A DNA stretch of 64,000 nucleotides, from NCBI RefSeq assembly GCF_964194025.1, contig NC_134473.1:73594001-73658000 (forward strand), read 5' to 3'. Numbering within the stretch: position 1 is the stretch's first letter; every line of letters starts with the position of its first letter. The notes under the pieces are model-generated. The model ran no database searches. It was not told where the DNA came from and saw nothing but the letters and a program-made list of their open reading frames with translations. Positions 1-12,281 of this stretch are shown piece by piece. Both the position numbers and the translations under genes were made by a program. Origin of the DNA: Convolutriloba macropyga (taxonomy: Eukaryota).

Positions 1-269
1 GCAAAGTCTTTCATTCTTAACCCTCTTTTGCAAGAAAGTTGTAAGATGTTATTGTTATAAATTCAATTCACAGAAATTGTTGACAAATTTATTATTGGTC
101 AAATTGAATTATAAAACAAGCTGCGATGTCAAAAAAACCTCAAGCTCACAAATACTAACAGACAATGAGATATCTGTAAAAAATCCCTGTATCGCTCACA
201 AAAAAACGTATTCATTTCCAATTTCCTTTATAAACCAAAGTTGTGAATCCGATCAAGCAGTTTACTAAC

Positions 270-385
270 TTTTGGCTACTTTGTATATCTGCCAGTAGCA
301 GTAGGAGATCACAGCCAGAGGAAGTGCCAGAGCTACGCCTGTGTATATGATTGTGTTATACCACCAGGAGTTGTCCAGAGTAAAG
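270..385 (-). CDS. GPCR TM5 exon, distal copy (FTLDNSWWYNTIIYTGVALALPLAVISYCYWQIYKVAK)
   Basis: tttgttgtcttttaAG acceptor, GTTAGT donor, 116 nt, phase 2->1; class A TM5 signature P-x4-YCY-x2-I. Confidence 0.85.
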
Positions 386-879
386 CTTAAAAGACAACAA
401 AGAGAGTTTCGAAAACCAGTAAAGCAATATATTTTTTAAATCTGTAAAATGTAAATTTAAAATTTTATAACCATAACAAAGGTTAAACATTTACACTTAG
501 CAATCACTTTAAAATCATATGAAAAGTTTGGTCCTTAAAATACTACAAAAAATAATTTACTAGTAAAATACTAGTAAAATTTAGAAAGTGCTTTCAAAAG
601 CTGAAGTCGTTGAAATTGTCTGTTTTCAGCGAGAGACTAAAAAACCTGTTTTCTCTCAGCCAAAGTTAGATCTGATTACGTCATCTTCTAGCGCATTTGG
701 GGCTTTATGCACTTGAATTACGCATAATTACGCATAATAAAACGATGGCATAAGAAATCAGCAACTTTTTCAATAAAAAAAACGAAACGATGGATGAATT
801 ATTTGGGTGTTTCCTTGGACTAAAATTGATTTTGCAGAACAAGTAGAAAAAATGACAAAGAAGCGTAAATGTATAACTA

Positions 880-1400
880 ATTGTTTTGTAGTTTCAGAAA
901 AAACTTTCAGTCGCTAAACTCTTGTACAAAACTTATGTGCATTCAATTCTGCAGTATGTAGTTTTAGTGTATGGCAATGCAATATTAACTGAACTGAAAA
1001 AATTAAATTGAAGACAAAATCATATTTGAAGTATTAATTTTGTTCCTCGAAAGCCTTTGGAAGGTCAAAGAAGACTTGAAAACTTTAAAAGCCAAGGAAC
1101 ATCACCCGTATGAACTGGTTATGGGGTTTTTCAAGATTTTCCTACATGACTGGCCACAATAATTTTTGAATAAAACGATTAGGAAAGTGAATTAGAAGTT
1201 TTTAGGTGAGAGCCTTAGAAAAACTGTACTTAAAACTCTTAACGAAACCGACAGTAAACAAAGAGAAACATTAAAAAAGGCAAGTGCCTACATTATTCAT
1301 TTTTGTTTGCAAACTAGACATCAACTTAATCAAAAAACAATCCTATCTGACACAGAACTGCCAAATTTTCCTTACACTTTGGAATGGCTGCATACAAGGA
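880..1400 (+). mobile_element. Decayed non-LTR retrotransposon (LINE) 3' fragment
   Basis: ~920-1010 translates LYKTYVHSILQYVVLVYGNAILTELKKL, resembling the post-RT region of CR1/L2-type LINEs. It has stops and frameshifts; boundaries are approximate. Confidence 0.4.
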
Positions 1401-2432
1401 AACACTTCCCTTTTAAAACAATTCTGGTAGGGGTCAGTAAAATTGTACTTGAAGTTATGCTTCATTTCGTTCAATTTGTTGAAGAGATCCATCACTTGAC
1501 AGGTTCTGGCCTATTTGAATGTACCTCAGACGCTGACTTTTCCAATGCACTGTACCTTTTATACGGCGTTTGGAATTTCAAATATAATCTGAATCTAATT
1601 GTGACACAAGAAATTTATCAGCAGACTTCCTTAGCAAACCTATATTTTTGATACGGTGGATCCTTGATTAAACTTTATGTACAAACAGAATAGAAATATT
1701 TTTGTACAATCACAAATCATTGTGCTTCTTTCTACAGCTGCTCAAATTGAAAAAAAAAACAAGGACAGAAAAAGTAGACAAAGAAAGCAGCAGAAAAATT
1801 TATTCAAGAAAATTGACTGCAAGTTTTATTGAGAAGAAGCATGACTGAGCAACTTTCTTTAGAAACTTAAAATGAATGCTAAAAAATGACGTCTAAAACG
1901 GTAAGTCTTTTAAGAGCTTTATGAATGATTCGTCTATTTTTTCGTCGTCGTAAAATCGACTGATCAGCCAAAATGGATTAACAAAAAAGAGGGCCGGGTG
2001 TAAATTCCCATCAACCTGGGTTGGAAAAAGACCCATTTACGAATATTACGAATATGTAAATTACTAGATCAGCTGACGAACGTGCTGCAGAAAAAAATCA
2101 ATGGTAACAAAGCTCAACCGGAACGAACTTGCGAGAATTTTACAAGTTTACTATCCGATTCGCAAAGTCTTTCATTCTTAACCCTCTTTTGCAAGAAAGT
2201 TGTAAGATGTTATTGTTATAAATTCAATTCACAGAAATTGTTGACAAATTTATTATTGGTCAAATTGAATTATAAAACAAGCTGCGATGTCAAAAAAACC
2301 TCAAGCTCACAAATACTAACAGACAATGAGATATCTGTAAAAAATCCCTGTATCGCTCACAAAAAAAAACGTATTCATTTCCAATTTCCTTTATAAACCA
2401 AAGTTGTGAATCCGATCAAGCAGTTTACTAAC

Positions 2433-2548
2433 TTTTGGCTACTTTGTATATCTGCCAGTAGCAGTAGGATATTACAGCCAGAGGAAGTGCGAGAGCCACA
2501 CCTGTGTATATGATTGTGTTATACCACCAGGAGTTGTCCAGAGTAAAG
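2433..2548 (-). CDS. GPCR TM5 exon, proximal copy (same peptide as 270-385)
   Basis: Same splice sites and length; differs from the distal copy by five synonymous substitutions. Confidence 0.85.
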
Positions 2549-2965
2549 CTTAAAAGACAACAAAGAGAGTTTCGAAAACAAGTAAAGCAATATATTTTTT
2601 AAATCTGTAAAATATATATTTAAAATTTTATAACCATAACAAAGGTTAAACATTTACATTTAGCAATCACTTTAAAATCATATGAAAAGTTTGGACCTTA
2701 AAATACTACTAAAAATAATTTACTAGTAAAATACTAGAAAGTGCTTTCAAAAGCTGAAGTCGTTGAAATTGTCTGTTTTCAGCGAGAGACCAAAAAACCT
2801 GTTTTCTCTCAGCCAAAGTTAGATCTGATGCCTCATAACTTGAGACATTTATGTCTTATGAAACCGAGAAAAGTATAATAAGTGCAAAAATTTGTGATAG
2901 TTTTCTGCGTATCAGCGTTTGAAAAGTTTGAATTTGAAACAGGAGACAGATTGACCAATACTTCC

Positions 2966-3133
2966 CTGCAGTGCAGTAGAGGTGGGTTGAACGTATGTCC
3001 CCCGTAACCCACTCCTGGGTAATTAGCCAGATCAAGCAGACACACACAGACCCAAATCATGACCAAAGACAGCACTGTCCCTTTGACCCCAAAAAGTCGA
3101 GAGTACAACTCGTTCTTGCAGATGAAGATAAAG
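2966..3133 (-). CDS. GPCR ICL2-TM4-ECL2 exon (FIFICKNELYSRLFGVKGTVLSLVMIWVCVCLLDLANYPGVGYGGHTFNPPLLHC)
   Basis: tttttttttcAG acceptor, 168 nt, phase 2->2, W4.50 and the ECL2 Cys present. The frame-preserving donor reads CAG|GGAAGT (non-canonical). Confidence 0.85.
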
Positions 3134-3148
3134 CTGAAAAAAAATCCA

Positions 3149-3245
3149 GGATCTTTTCCGCTACCCCCCCCCCATTTGCACAGCGTACCTTGTGACCACT
3201 TTCTCAGTAGGGACCACGTGCCCTCACATAGTAAATTGTTATGAA
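3149..3245. mobile_element. Fragment related to the GGATCT-ended MITE at 30456-30620
   Basis: Starts GGATCT, then a C-run, CACGTG and acatagtaa in the same order as that MITE; no second TIR seen. Confidence 0.3.
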
Positions 3246-3819
3246 AAAAATACACATACGGTTATTGGGGCTTGTAAATAACGCGCACCCTCTAAGCTTG
3301 GGGTCAAAACTGGAAGAAATCCTACTTTTCATCAAACTAAATGAGCACCCTTGTCCAATTTCGGCCCGTATAATAAAAGGTCTACATTGCTGAATCTCAC
3401 AAGATAAGCTTTTTTTTACTCAAATTGATGAAATTTCTTGCAAGATATTTCTTGTTGCAGGTTGTCAGAGTTGATTGCTTTTTCCAGAATCGCACGTTGG
3501 GTATGCACTCATACACTTTAATACAAGTAGCTTTGTATCTGAGCAATCCCAGTTTGTCCAGGGCTAATCTACTCAAAGCATCAGACAGTGAGCTGAGGAG
3601 ATGCTCATCGCGGTGGGGGGGGGGGGGGGTGAGTGTCAGCAAATACCCGCATTTGCAGGCATGAATACACCACTCAAAGTCTGTCTTAATCATTTTGACA
3701 TTTTTCTCATTGTTCAATATTGCGAACTAGTACACCAAGCAGCACACGACTGAAACGATCTATGATATCAAAATTTTCGCTAATTATTAAAAACCCAAAA
3801 ATGAAAAATTCTAACTAAC

Positions 3820-3890
3820 CGGTTGATAGCGACAAACATCATCGTCCAGAGACTTCCAAAACAAGCCAGCATGCATATGATTCCAGACAC
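3820..3890 (-). CDS. GPCR TM3 exon (VSGIICMLACFGSLWTMMFVAINR)
   Basis: cattttAG acceptor, GTTAGT donor, 71 nt, phase 0->2. Splicing to 3133 gives NRFIFIC, matching the NRY-x-x-IC motif of melatonin-receptor-like GPCRs. Confidence 0.9.
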
Positions 3891-4247
3891 CTAAAATGAC
3901 TGACCCTGGAGTTCGCTGCAGATTTCGAAAAGCATTAGTTTGAGTACGGGGCTTTGACATGTCTCTTCCCAAAATAAGGTACCGCTCTTTCAGGTACCGC
4001 TCAGCAGCTCTTAAAAATTTTGGTACCCCTTTAAATTCGCACTCTAACTAAGTTTTGCCTTCAAATCAGAGATTACTGTTAAGGCGTGTCTATAAATATG
4101 GACAGATTTATATAACCAATATTCAGAAGTTGAAGCGGGAATTTTTTTAAACCTAGATTTCCTGTTTTGTGAAACTATTATGTTGATAATAAAAAAAGTT
4201 AACGGATGGCAAACGTGAACCACTTGTACGCACACAATTATTGGGCC

Positions 4248-4606
4248 TGTAAAGGAACCAAGTTCCTGTATATTTTATCTCCCCCACACCCTCATTTTCC
4301 TCCCCCACCTACACTTTCGTCCTCCAAAACCCATTCCTTTCCTGATTTCCATTCCCCCATCCTATTTCCAGTGCAGCTATTTATTTAAGTTGATTTTATT
4401 GAAGAAGTCAGAAGTGGTTGACATTCACTTTCAACAATTTTTATAGCAAGGGATTTCCCGTTTTTAACCACAACTTATGTGCCAATGGCGCGAATTATGA
4501 TGTATTTATAGAGGTTGATTTGCTACCATGGTTGCGACTTTCAGAAATACAAATATTAATGAAAAGTTGTCTTGGTATGCAAGACTTAGGCCGAAGAGCA
4601 TGAACA
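4248..4606 (+). repeat. 5' LTR of BEL copy A (359 bp, TG...CA)
   Basis: Starts TGTAAAGGAACC and ends GAACA just before the putative PBS; repeated at 12018 and inverted at 12492 and 19406. Confidence 0.88.
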
Positions 4607-4610
4607 TTTC

Positions 4611-4627
4611 TGGCGTATCCTAGGGTC
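4611..4627 (+). promoter_or_regulatory. Putative primer-binding site TGGCGTATCCTAGGGTC (also at 19025-19041, minus strand)
   Basis: TGG start 4 nt after the LTR-terminal CA; cognate tRNA not identified. Confidence 0.6.
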
Positions 4628-5494
4628 AAAAAAGGACCTTTGAAACTTGCTCGACTCAGACTGGGGAATTTTGGATTTTATAGGGGGAACTTAGACATTT
4701 GACACTTAGCACATTTAAACTCTGGTTTGATAACTTCACATGTTTTAATCAAAAACATCACAATCACAAAAGATCCAATTGATTTTTATTCTGGCTCTAG
4801 AAGTGAAGACTGATTTGAGAGTTCTCCTGAGAAGGATGCTTGCGTGGGATGCCTAGTCACGACAGATAGGCTAGCCTTACTTGCAGAATTGAAAGTCTTC
4901 ACTTCAAAAGTTGGATTTTAATAGGCGTCTAGTTATCGTTGGATCAATATAGTATCTTTCCGCATTAGTTCTGAAAGGCGTAGGTCCTCCTCTAGGTGAA
5001 ATTTAAAAGCACCACTAACACACACATTAACTTAGGATTAGTTGCAAGGCCTGGTATGCCCTTGCTACGTTAAGGTTTATAGGAACGTGAATTTATCCCC
5101 CTACCAATGTCAGTAGACACACACATTAGTCAAAAGTTAGCCACCGCAGGTTAGGGTTCTTTCTATCGCGCTCGAAAAACAAATAGGCAACCGAACAAAA
5201 AATTACAATTGTCTACCATTGTAAGAATTTCACTGATTAGTGAAAAGGTTCAACTCTATAAAAAATTATTAACGAAGCATCATGTAACATCACTGATTAG
5301 TGATTGCGACAAGCAAAAACAGCAAACAAACTTTAAGCAAAAAATATTAGCTAGGCACAGTAAGCAACAGCCTCATTTAAATAATAGGTTTTAACAAAAC
5401 AAAAGATAGAATAGGGCTGCTACAAGGAAATATAGTACAGTAACAGTGCAGTATAAACTTTTTAAAATCAGAAAAGTCTTCTAAAACAATCAAT

Positions 5495-8400
5495 ATGCCA
5501 AACAAGTCCAAAGCATCATCAACAGCAAAGAACAGCCTAAAGCAACAACTTCAGTTGAAAGTAAAAGAGTGGAACGCAGTAAAAGACCTCTTCGAAGAAC
5601 AAAGCAATAGTAACGAAGGTCTAAGCATACTACGTGAAACTTTAGAACTCTTGAGGTCTCAAAAAGACCAGTTAGACAGAAGTTGCAATGAACTCATGAA
5701 GCTACAGCTGACAAGTGAAGAGTTGACAGCACTTGCTAATGAATCTGCCGAAAGAAACATAACCATGCTGAAATGCAAACAGAGAGCAAAAGCACACAGA
5801 ACAGATGCAAGTGACACTGAATCCCCTTTTAACACATCAGCAGCGGCTTCCCCTAATCTATTAAGAAAACAGTACCCTTTACGCAATAGAGCAATGAAAC
5901 ATCATTTCGCAAGCCGCAACAATCAGGAAAGTAACAACGCTGACTCGTCCGAATCAGAAGACCCTGATAATTCTCAACCCGTTCTGAACATTGAAGAGAG
6001 AGGAAGGAGCCGGGAATTTCTCACAGGGACACTGAGAACAGATGAACGATCGAAAGAAGAGAACAATGTTGAGCCGACATGAGAGTGAGGATAGCAGAGC
6101 AGGGCATTTGCCACAACCGTGTTCTTTTCACAAAAATAACCAAGCTGCTCCGACCATGAGCTATAGGTACACACCGCAAATCAATCAACTACCAGTGAAC
6201 AATTTCAGTGGACCTGATGGACACAATAACAACGGCTATAAGAACAACCTATACAATGGCTTTCCAAGTTTCCCACCAGACTGGATGCAACACCAAGCAC
6301 TGATGATACAGAACACATTGAGTTTGCCTCAGATTTCAATTGACTATTTGACAGGTGACCCTCTGAAATGGCGTCAGTGGTTCAGTTTCTTCAAGGCAAA
6401 CATTTACAACAACAGTTTTCTCTCAGACGCCCAAAAAATGACATACTTCCCCAACTCTGTAAAACATAAAGCAAGAGATTCCATAAGTGGATACCCCTAC
6501 AATGGTGATTACTGCCATGAAGCCATCGCTGAGCTGACCACAAAGTTTGGCAAAGCACAGCATATTAGCATATTGTCGCTGCATACCTGGATCAATTAGA
6601 GAAGTGAACAAAACCCAGATTAGACTAACCAAACTCTTTTGTGAGCTTCTCGTCTTTCTTGAGGAGACTTGTACAAACCTTCCGGCTCGACAACTTTGAA
6701 GCTCATTTGAAGTCTTCAGCGGTCTTGCGAATGGCCAGAGACAAACTGAACCCTAACATGATAATCAGATGGAATCAACACACAAGAAGCCAAGGCTTGC
6801 TGCAACCTAACCTTACCAACTTTGCTGATTGGATTGACTCTTACGCGGAGGCGTGCAAGGACATCTCCCCACAACGGAACCAGAGAACCAGAGTGAAAAC
6901 TTTTTCTAGAAGGGGACCACCAGATGTGTCATATCAACTCTGCTCACAAAACCACAACCTTGTTCGTTGTCCCGAATACTTGGAAAAGTCAGTGTATGAC
7001 CGACAGGGTTGTGTGAGGAGGTTCAATCTCTGCCCTAACCGTCTAAGAGCTAACAAAAAGGATCTCTGCCAATCAAAAACAAGGTGCCTTGTGGAAAGAT
7101 GCAATGGCTTCCATCACTCAACGCTCCATAGGACAGTTGCAAGGCAACAGCAACAAAATGCACAACCAATTGGGAACTGGAATCAAATCTCACAAAACAA
7201 TGTCTTCAGAAACCAAACAAACCAAAACCAGTCAAGCTATGGACGTAACTTTAATAATGAAAACCAAATGCAGCAGACAAGTTCAAACTACAACCAACAG
7301 AGTGGAAACCAGAACAGGCAAACTAGATCTAACAGCAGCACTTCACACAGGAGCAACTGGAACAGAAGAGGTTTTCGCCCTCAGCCGATGAACGCGCAGA
7401 ACAACAACAACAACAGACAGCAGAGTAACAATTAGCGCGCTGTATCCCAACAGCAGGCAACTACTCCGCAACAAAACTACACTTGCAGCAACACACAGGA
7501 AACATCATTGATCAGACCGCAGATACAATTGCAGGCGATACCAGTAACACTTTTCAACAGAGACCTTTGCATTGAAACCTAGGCTTTGTTGGACAGTGGC
7601 AGTGACAAAAATCAAATAACACAGAAGGTTGCTGATGCACTACAAGTTCGGCAACCGAAATACATAAGCCTACCACTAGCTTCATTTCACGGTGAACACT
7701 TAGTTAAAACAGCAGATGTCATGATCGCCATAGGAGCTTTGTGCAGCAGTTGTCCTGTGATCAGAATCCTTGTGTACGCAACAGCAATGGAGGAGTTTCG
7801 AACGCCACGAGTTCAAATTGAAATGTTGAATGAGATCTGCAGAGACCATTCACACCTCCAGAACACAATTTTTCCAGCAATCAGAGACAACCGGATCGGA
7901 ACTCTTATTGGAGCAAGTTCATTCACAGCAACGGTTCCAAGACAGTTCACAACAGGACCCACTGGCACCCCATACGGAATCAACACTTTGCTTGGCTGGA
8001 GACTGACAGGGCCCATTCCTCAGAGGTACACACAGAAGAGGGTCCAACAGTCAAACAGCACAAGCATAACACTTTTCAATCATATCAGAGACGACAAGAC
8101 GATCCAGATGAAGATCTTCTCCAACTCTTCTGGACAATTGAAGGAGTGAACTTCAATCAGTGTTCTTCAAAGGGACAGTCTGCAGATGACAAAGAAGCTC
8201 TGTCCATCCTCAATGATACCATAAGACACATTGGTGACAGATACCAGATTGGACTTCCATGGAAGAAAGACATCAAACTCCCTAACAACTACTTCATGGC
8301 CAAAGTTTAGTGGCACGCTCTGCAGCAGAGACTGGAGAGGGACACAAATTTGAGAGAACGCTACGAGGAAACCATCACAAAAGATTTGGATAAAAACTAC

Positions 8401-11400
8401 ATCACAACTGCAGAGCCCAGTTGCAGACACTCTGTCTGGTACCTTCCCCATCACCCGGTGTTCAACAAACAGAAACCAGACAAAATCTGTAAAATATAAG
8501 GGTACATCACTCAATGATGCATTGCTGACAGGGCTGGATCTACTCTGCAACCTGCATGGCCTTCTTCTCCGCTTCAGACAGTACTCAGTGGCAATCACAG
8601 CTGACATCGAGGAAATGTTCAAGCGGATTGGCATCCAACCACAAGACCAGGACTATCTCCGTAATCTGTGGACAGAGAATGGCAAGGAAAAGATCTTCAA
8701 ATACAATTGACTCATTTTTTGGAGCCACATGCTCACCTTCTTATGCGATTTTTGTTCTGCAGAAGTGTGCAAAGGACAACAAACAAGAGTATCCAGAGGC
8801 GCACACATCAATCGTGCAGCAGTTCTACATGAATGATTCCATGCAGGCCTACTCTTCTGAAGGGGAGGCCCGCAGAAATGCAGAGGAGATCAAAACTGTT
8901 TTACATACAGGAGGATTCAATCTGACGAAGTTCCTGAGCAACAAACCAGCCGCATTAGAAAACCTAATGGAAGAGGACAAGGCAGAAATGAAAGCCCAAA
9001 ATACATTGCCAACAGATTGACCAAAATTCACGAGAATTCCAAATCAGACAATTGGGACACATCCCTGGAAAGATGAATCCCGCTGACCACGGTACACGAG
9101 GCCTCACCCCATCAAACATACCAAATCTGTGGCGGCTTCAACCACCAGAATTTCTAAGCACACTTCAACACTCCTGGAATTTTGCAGAGGGCAGTGATCC
9201 CCACATATGCGCTACACAAGCGACACATCTTCAGACGCCTGTCATTGAGCTTGAAAAATTTTCAACAAGGAGTCGACTACTCAACTCTACTAGAATGGTG
9301 TTCCAGGCAATAAGAAACTTCAAGGCAAAACTTCGAACTAAAAGTCAAAACGAATCGCCTGGGACCTCCAACACTGACAATTTTGCATCATATGAGAACG
9401 GGGCAAGGAACTACCTCATCAAAACGTCCCAATACGAGTTTTTCTCAGGAACAAATTCTACACTGTTGGAGGGAAGCAATCGCGAGAAAGGAGACCATCT
9501 GATGCCCTTCACTCCCTTTCTAGATGACATCGGACTCTTGAGAGTGGGAGGAAGACTCAACAAGGCACCTCTAACCTACAGTGCGGAACATCCCCTCGTT
9601 CTCCATAGCAGGAGCAGAAATGCAAGGCTGTTGATTGAAAAGGCGCACCACGACTGTGGCCATCAGGGCGTGGAACATGTAAAGGTTCACCTGCAACAGA
9701 CTTTCTTGATGATTGCGCTGAGAAGCTGGGGAAATACTGTTTCATTTGCAGACGAGGGCTACCAGCGGCATGCTACCAGCAGGAACTACAGGAGTGGATG
9801 AATGAGCTCGACGGCATGACTTCAATCCAAAGGCCTAGATGCTTGATTCCCAACACCAATGGGACCCATCAACCTCACACATTCACTGATGCCTCAATGA
9901 GTGGAATTGCTGCCATAGTTTATGTGAGGACAACCAACGCCGATGGATCTTGCATATCACAATACGTGATCAACAAAACAAAGGTGGCACCGATCAAGCA
10001 GCTGAGCGTTCCAAAACTGGAATTGGAAGCAGCAACACTTAGAGCAGAGCCAGCTGGGTTCTGTGAGAACGAGATGACAACCATAACATCAAAACACTTT
10101 TGGACAGATAGCACCGCTACACTTGGATGGATACAATCCAAGCAAAGACAGAAGATGTACATTGCCAACAGATTGACCAAAATTCACGAGAATTCCAACG
10201 CGGAAAATTGGAGACACATCCCTGGAGAGATGAATCCCGCTGACCACGGCAAACGAGGCGTCACCCCATCAAACATACCAAATCTGTGGCTTCAACCACC
10301 AGACTTTCTAAGCACATCTCAAGACTCCTGGAATTTTGCAGAGGACAGTGATCCCAACATATGCGCTACACAAGCGACACATCTTCAGACGCCTGTCATT
10401 GAGGTTGGAAAATTTTTAACATGGAGTCGACTACTCAACTCTACTAGAATGGTGTTCCAGGCGATAATACGCTTCAAGGCAAAACTTCGAACTAAAAGAC
10501 AAAACGAATCGTCTGGGACCTCAAACACTGACAATTTTGCATCAGATGAGAACGGGCAAGGAACTACCTCATCAAAACGTCCCAAAACGAGTTTTTCTCA
10601 GGAACAATTTCTACACTGTTGAAGGGAAGCAATCGCGAGAAAGGAGACAATCTGATGCCCTTCACTCCCTTTCTAGATGACATCGGACTCTTGAGGGTGG
10701 GAGGAAGACTCAACAAGGCACATCTAACCTACAGTGCGAAACATCCCCTCGTTCTCCATATCAGGAGCAGAATTTCAAGGCTGTTGATTGAAAAGGCGCA
10801 CCATGACTGTGGCCATCAGGGCGTGGAACATGTGAAGGCTCACCTGCAACAGACTTTCCTGATGATTGGGTTGAGAAAGGCGCTGAGATGTCTTGGGAAA
10901 TACTGTTTCATTTGCAGACGATGGAGGGCAGACAATGTGAGACCGAAGATGGCGGACCTGCCTGAATTCAGGTTCCCAGTGGTAAACAAGCAGTAGCCCT
11001 TCGTCAACACAGGAATGGACATGTTTGGGCCCTTCTACATTGAGGACAGGAGAGAGGGCAACCAGATGCAGTATATCTGCTTGTTCAAATGCCTGGTCAC
11101 AAGAGCTGTCCACCTAGAAGTGTGCCATGACCTCTCAACCGATTGTCTTCTCATGACCATTCGCAGATTTGTATCACAACGTGGATACCCTGACCTCATT
11201 GTGAGTGACAATGGCAAAAATTTTGGAGCCAACCAAGCAATGAAGTTGAAGTTCCAGAGAACCTACAAGCCAGACAACGAGTACGTCAGACTGCAATTGG
11301 CTCAACAGAACATTCAGTGGACTTTCAATCCTCCATTGGCTCCACATTTCGGACGAGTCTGGGAGAGGCTGATACGGACCCCGAAGAGGAGTCTACTAAT

Positions 11401-11895
11401 AGTGCTGGGCAGTCGGAAACTAACACTCTCAGTTTTCCAGACAGTTGTGGCAGAGGCCGAGGCAATTTTGAACTCCAGGCCGTTAACTCATGTGGGCTGC
11501 AGCATCTTAGATGAAGGACCACTTACTCCGAATCACTTCCTTCTTCGCAGACCTCACATATGTTTGAAACTTCTTGTGAACAGCAACCAGCGGTTCTCCA
11601 CTAAGGATTTCAAGTTGACGCAGACACTACTTGATCACTACTGCGGCAGGCTGCTGAAGGAGTATGTTCCTGAGCTCAACAAGAGAACGAAGTGGCAAAG
11701 ATCGAATGCTGAGCTTGATGAAGGTGACATTGTGTGGGTGCTCAAGGACTTTACACCCAGAGACATCTGGCCTCTTGGGAGGATTGTGAAAGCACACAGA
11801 GGTTCAGACGGAATAGCCAGGAGCAGCAGCAACCCTAAGCCGTGTATTCCCGCAAATGTCAAGTGCGCCGGAGGGTCACTGAAACAAGTTCATTG

Positions 11896-11896
<1 letters not shown>
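5495..11896 (+). pseudogene. Disrupted gag-pol of BEL copy A
   Basis: Fragmented ORFs from 5495 to 11896. RT motif reads YMND; many stops and frameshifts; internal deletion and duplication at ~9000-9780. Confidence 0.92.
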
Positions 11897-11928
<32 letters not shown>

Positions 11929-12017
11929 AAAAAAACTAAATATCAGAAAGAAAACTTTTTGTGCTTTATTTTTTTGTTTACATTTTCTTTTCAAATGTTG
12001 CTATTTGTTGCCGGGAG

Positions 12018-12281
12018 TGTAAAGGAACCAAGTTCCTTTATATTTTATCTCTCCCCACACCCTCATTTTCCTCCCCCACCTACACTTTGGTCCTCCAAAA
12101 CCCATTCATTTCCTGATTTCAATTCCCCCAACCTATTTCCATTGAAGCTATTTATTTAAGTTGATATTATTGAAGAAGTCAGAAGTGGTTGACATTCACT
12201 TTCAATATTATTTATAGTAAGGGATTTCCCGTTTTAACAACAACTTGTGTGCCAATGGCGCGGATTATGATGTATTTATAG
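12018..12281 (+). repeat. Truncated 3' LTR of copy A, preceded by PPT-like GCCGGGAG
   Basis: Matches the first ~264 bp of the 5' LTR, then breaks into the inverted LTR. Confidence 0.9.

Larger units (their letters stand above)
1..2829. repeat. Direct (probably tandem) duplication, period ~2161 bp: 1-676 recurs at 2162-2829
   Basis: Near-identical sequence from gcaaagtctttcattc (1 and 2162) to caaagttagatctgat (~676 and ~2829). The left copy runs off the window edge. Confidence 0.92.
4248..12281 (+). mobile_element. BEL/Pao LTR retrotransposon copy A (defective, 3' LTR truncated)
   Basis: LTR-PBS-gag-PR-RT-RNaseH-IN-PPT-LTR order. BEL motifs: three Zn knuckles, LLDSGS, WYLPHHPV, ADIEEMF, FTDAS, PKLELEAA, NPADHG, GMDMFGP, RAVHLE, SDNG, WPLGRI. 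Confidence 0.96.

Noticed and set aside
1580-1645. Candidate next GPCR exon (ICL3) after the TM5 exon at 2433
   Set aside because: Reading frame hits a stop after ~20 codons with no TM6 motif or good donor.
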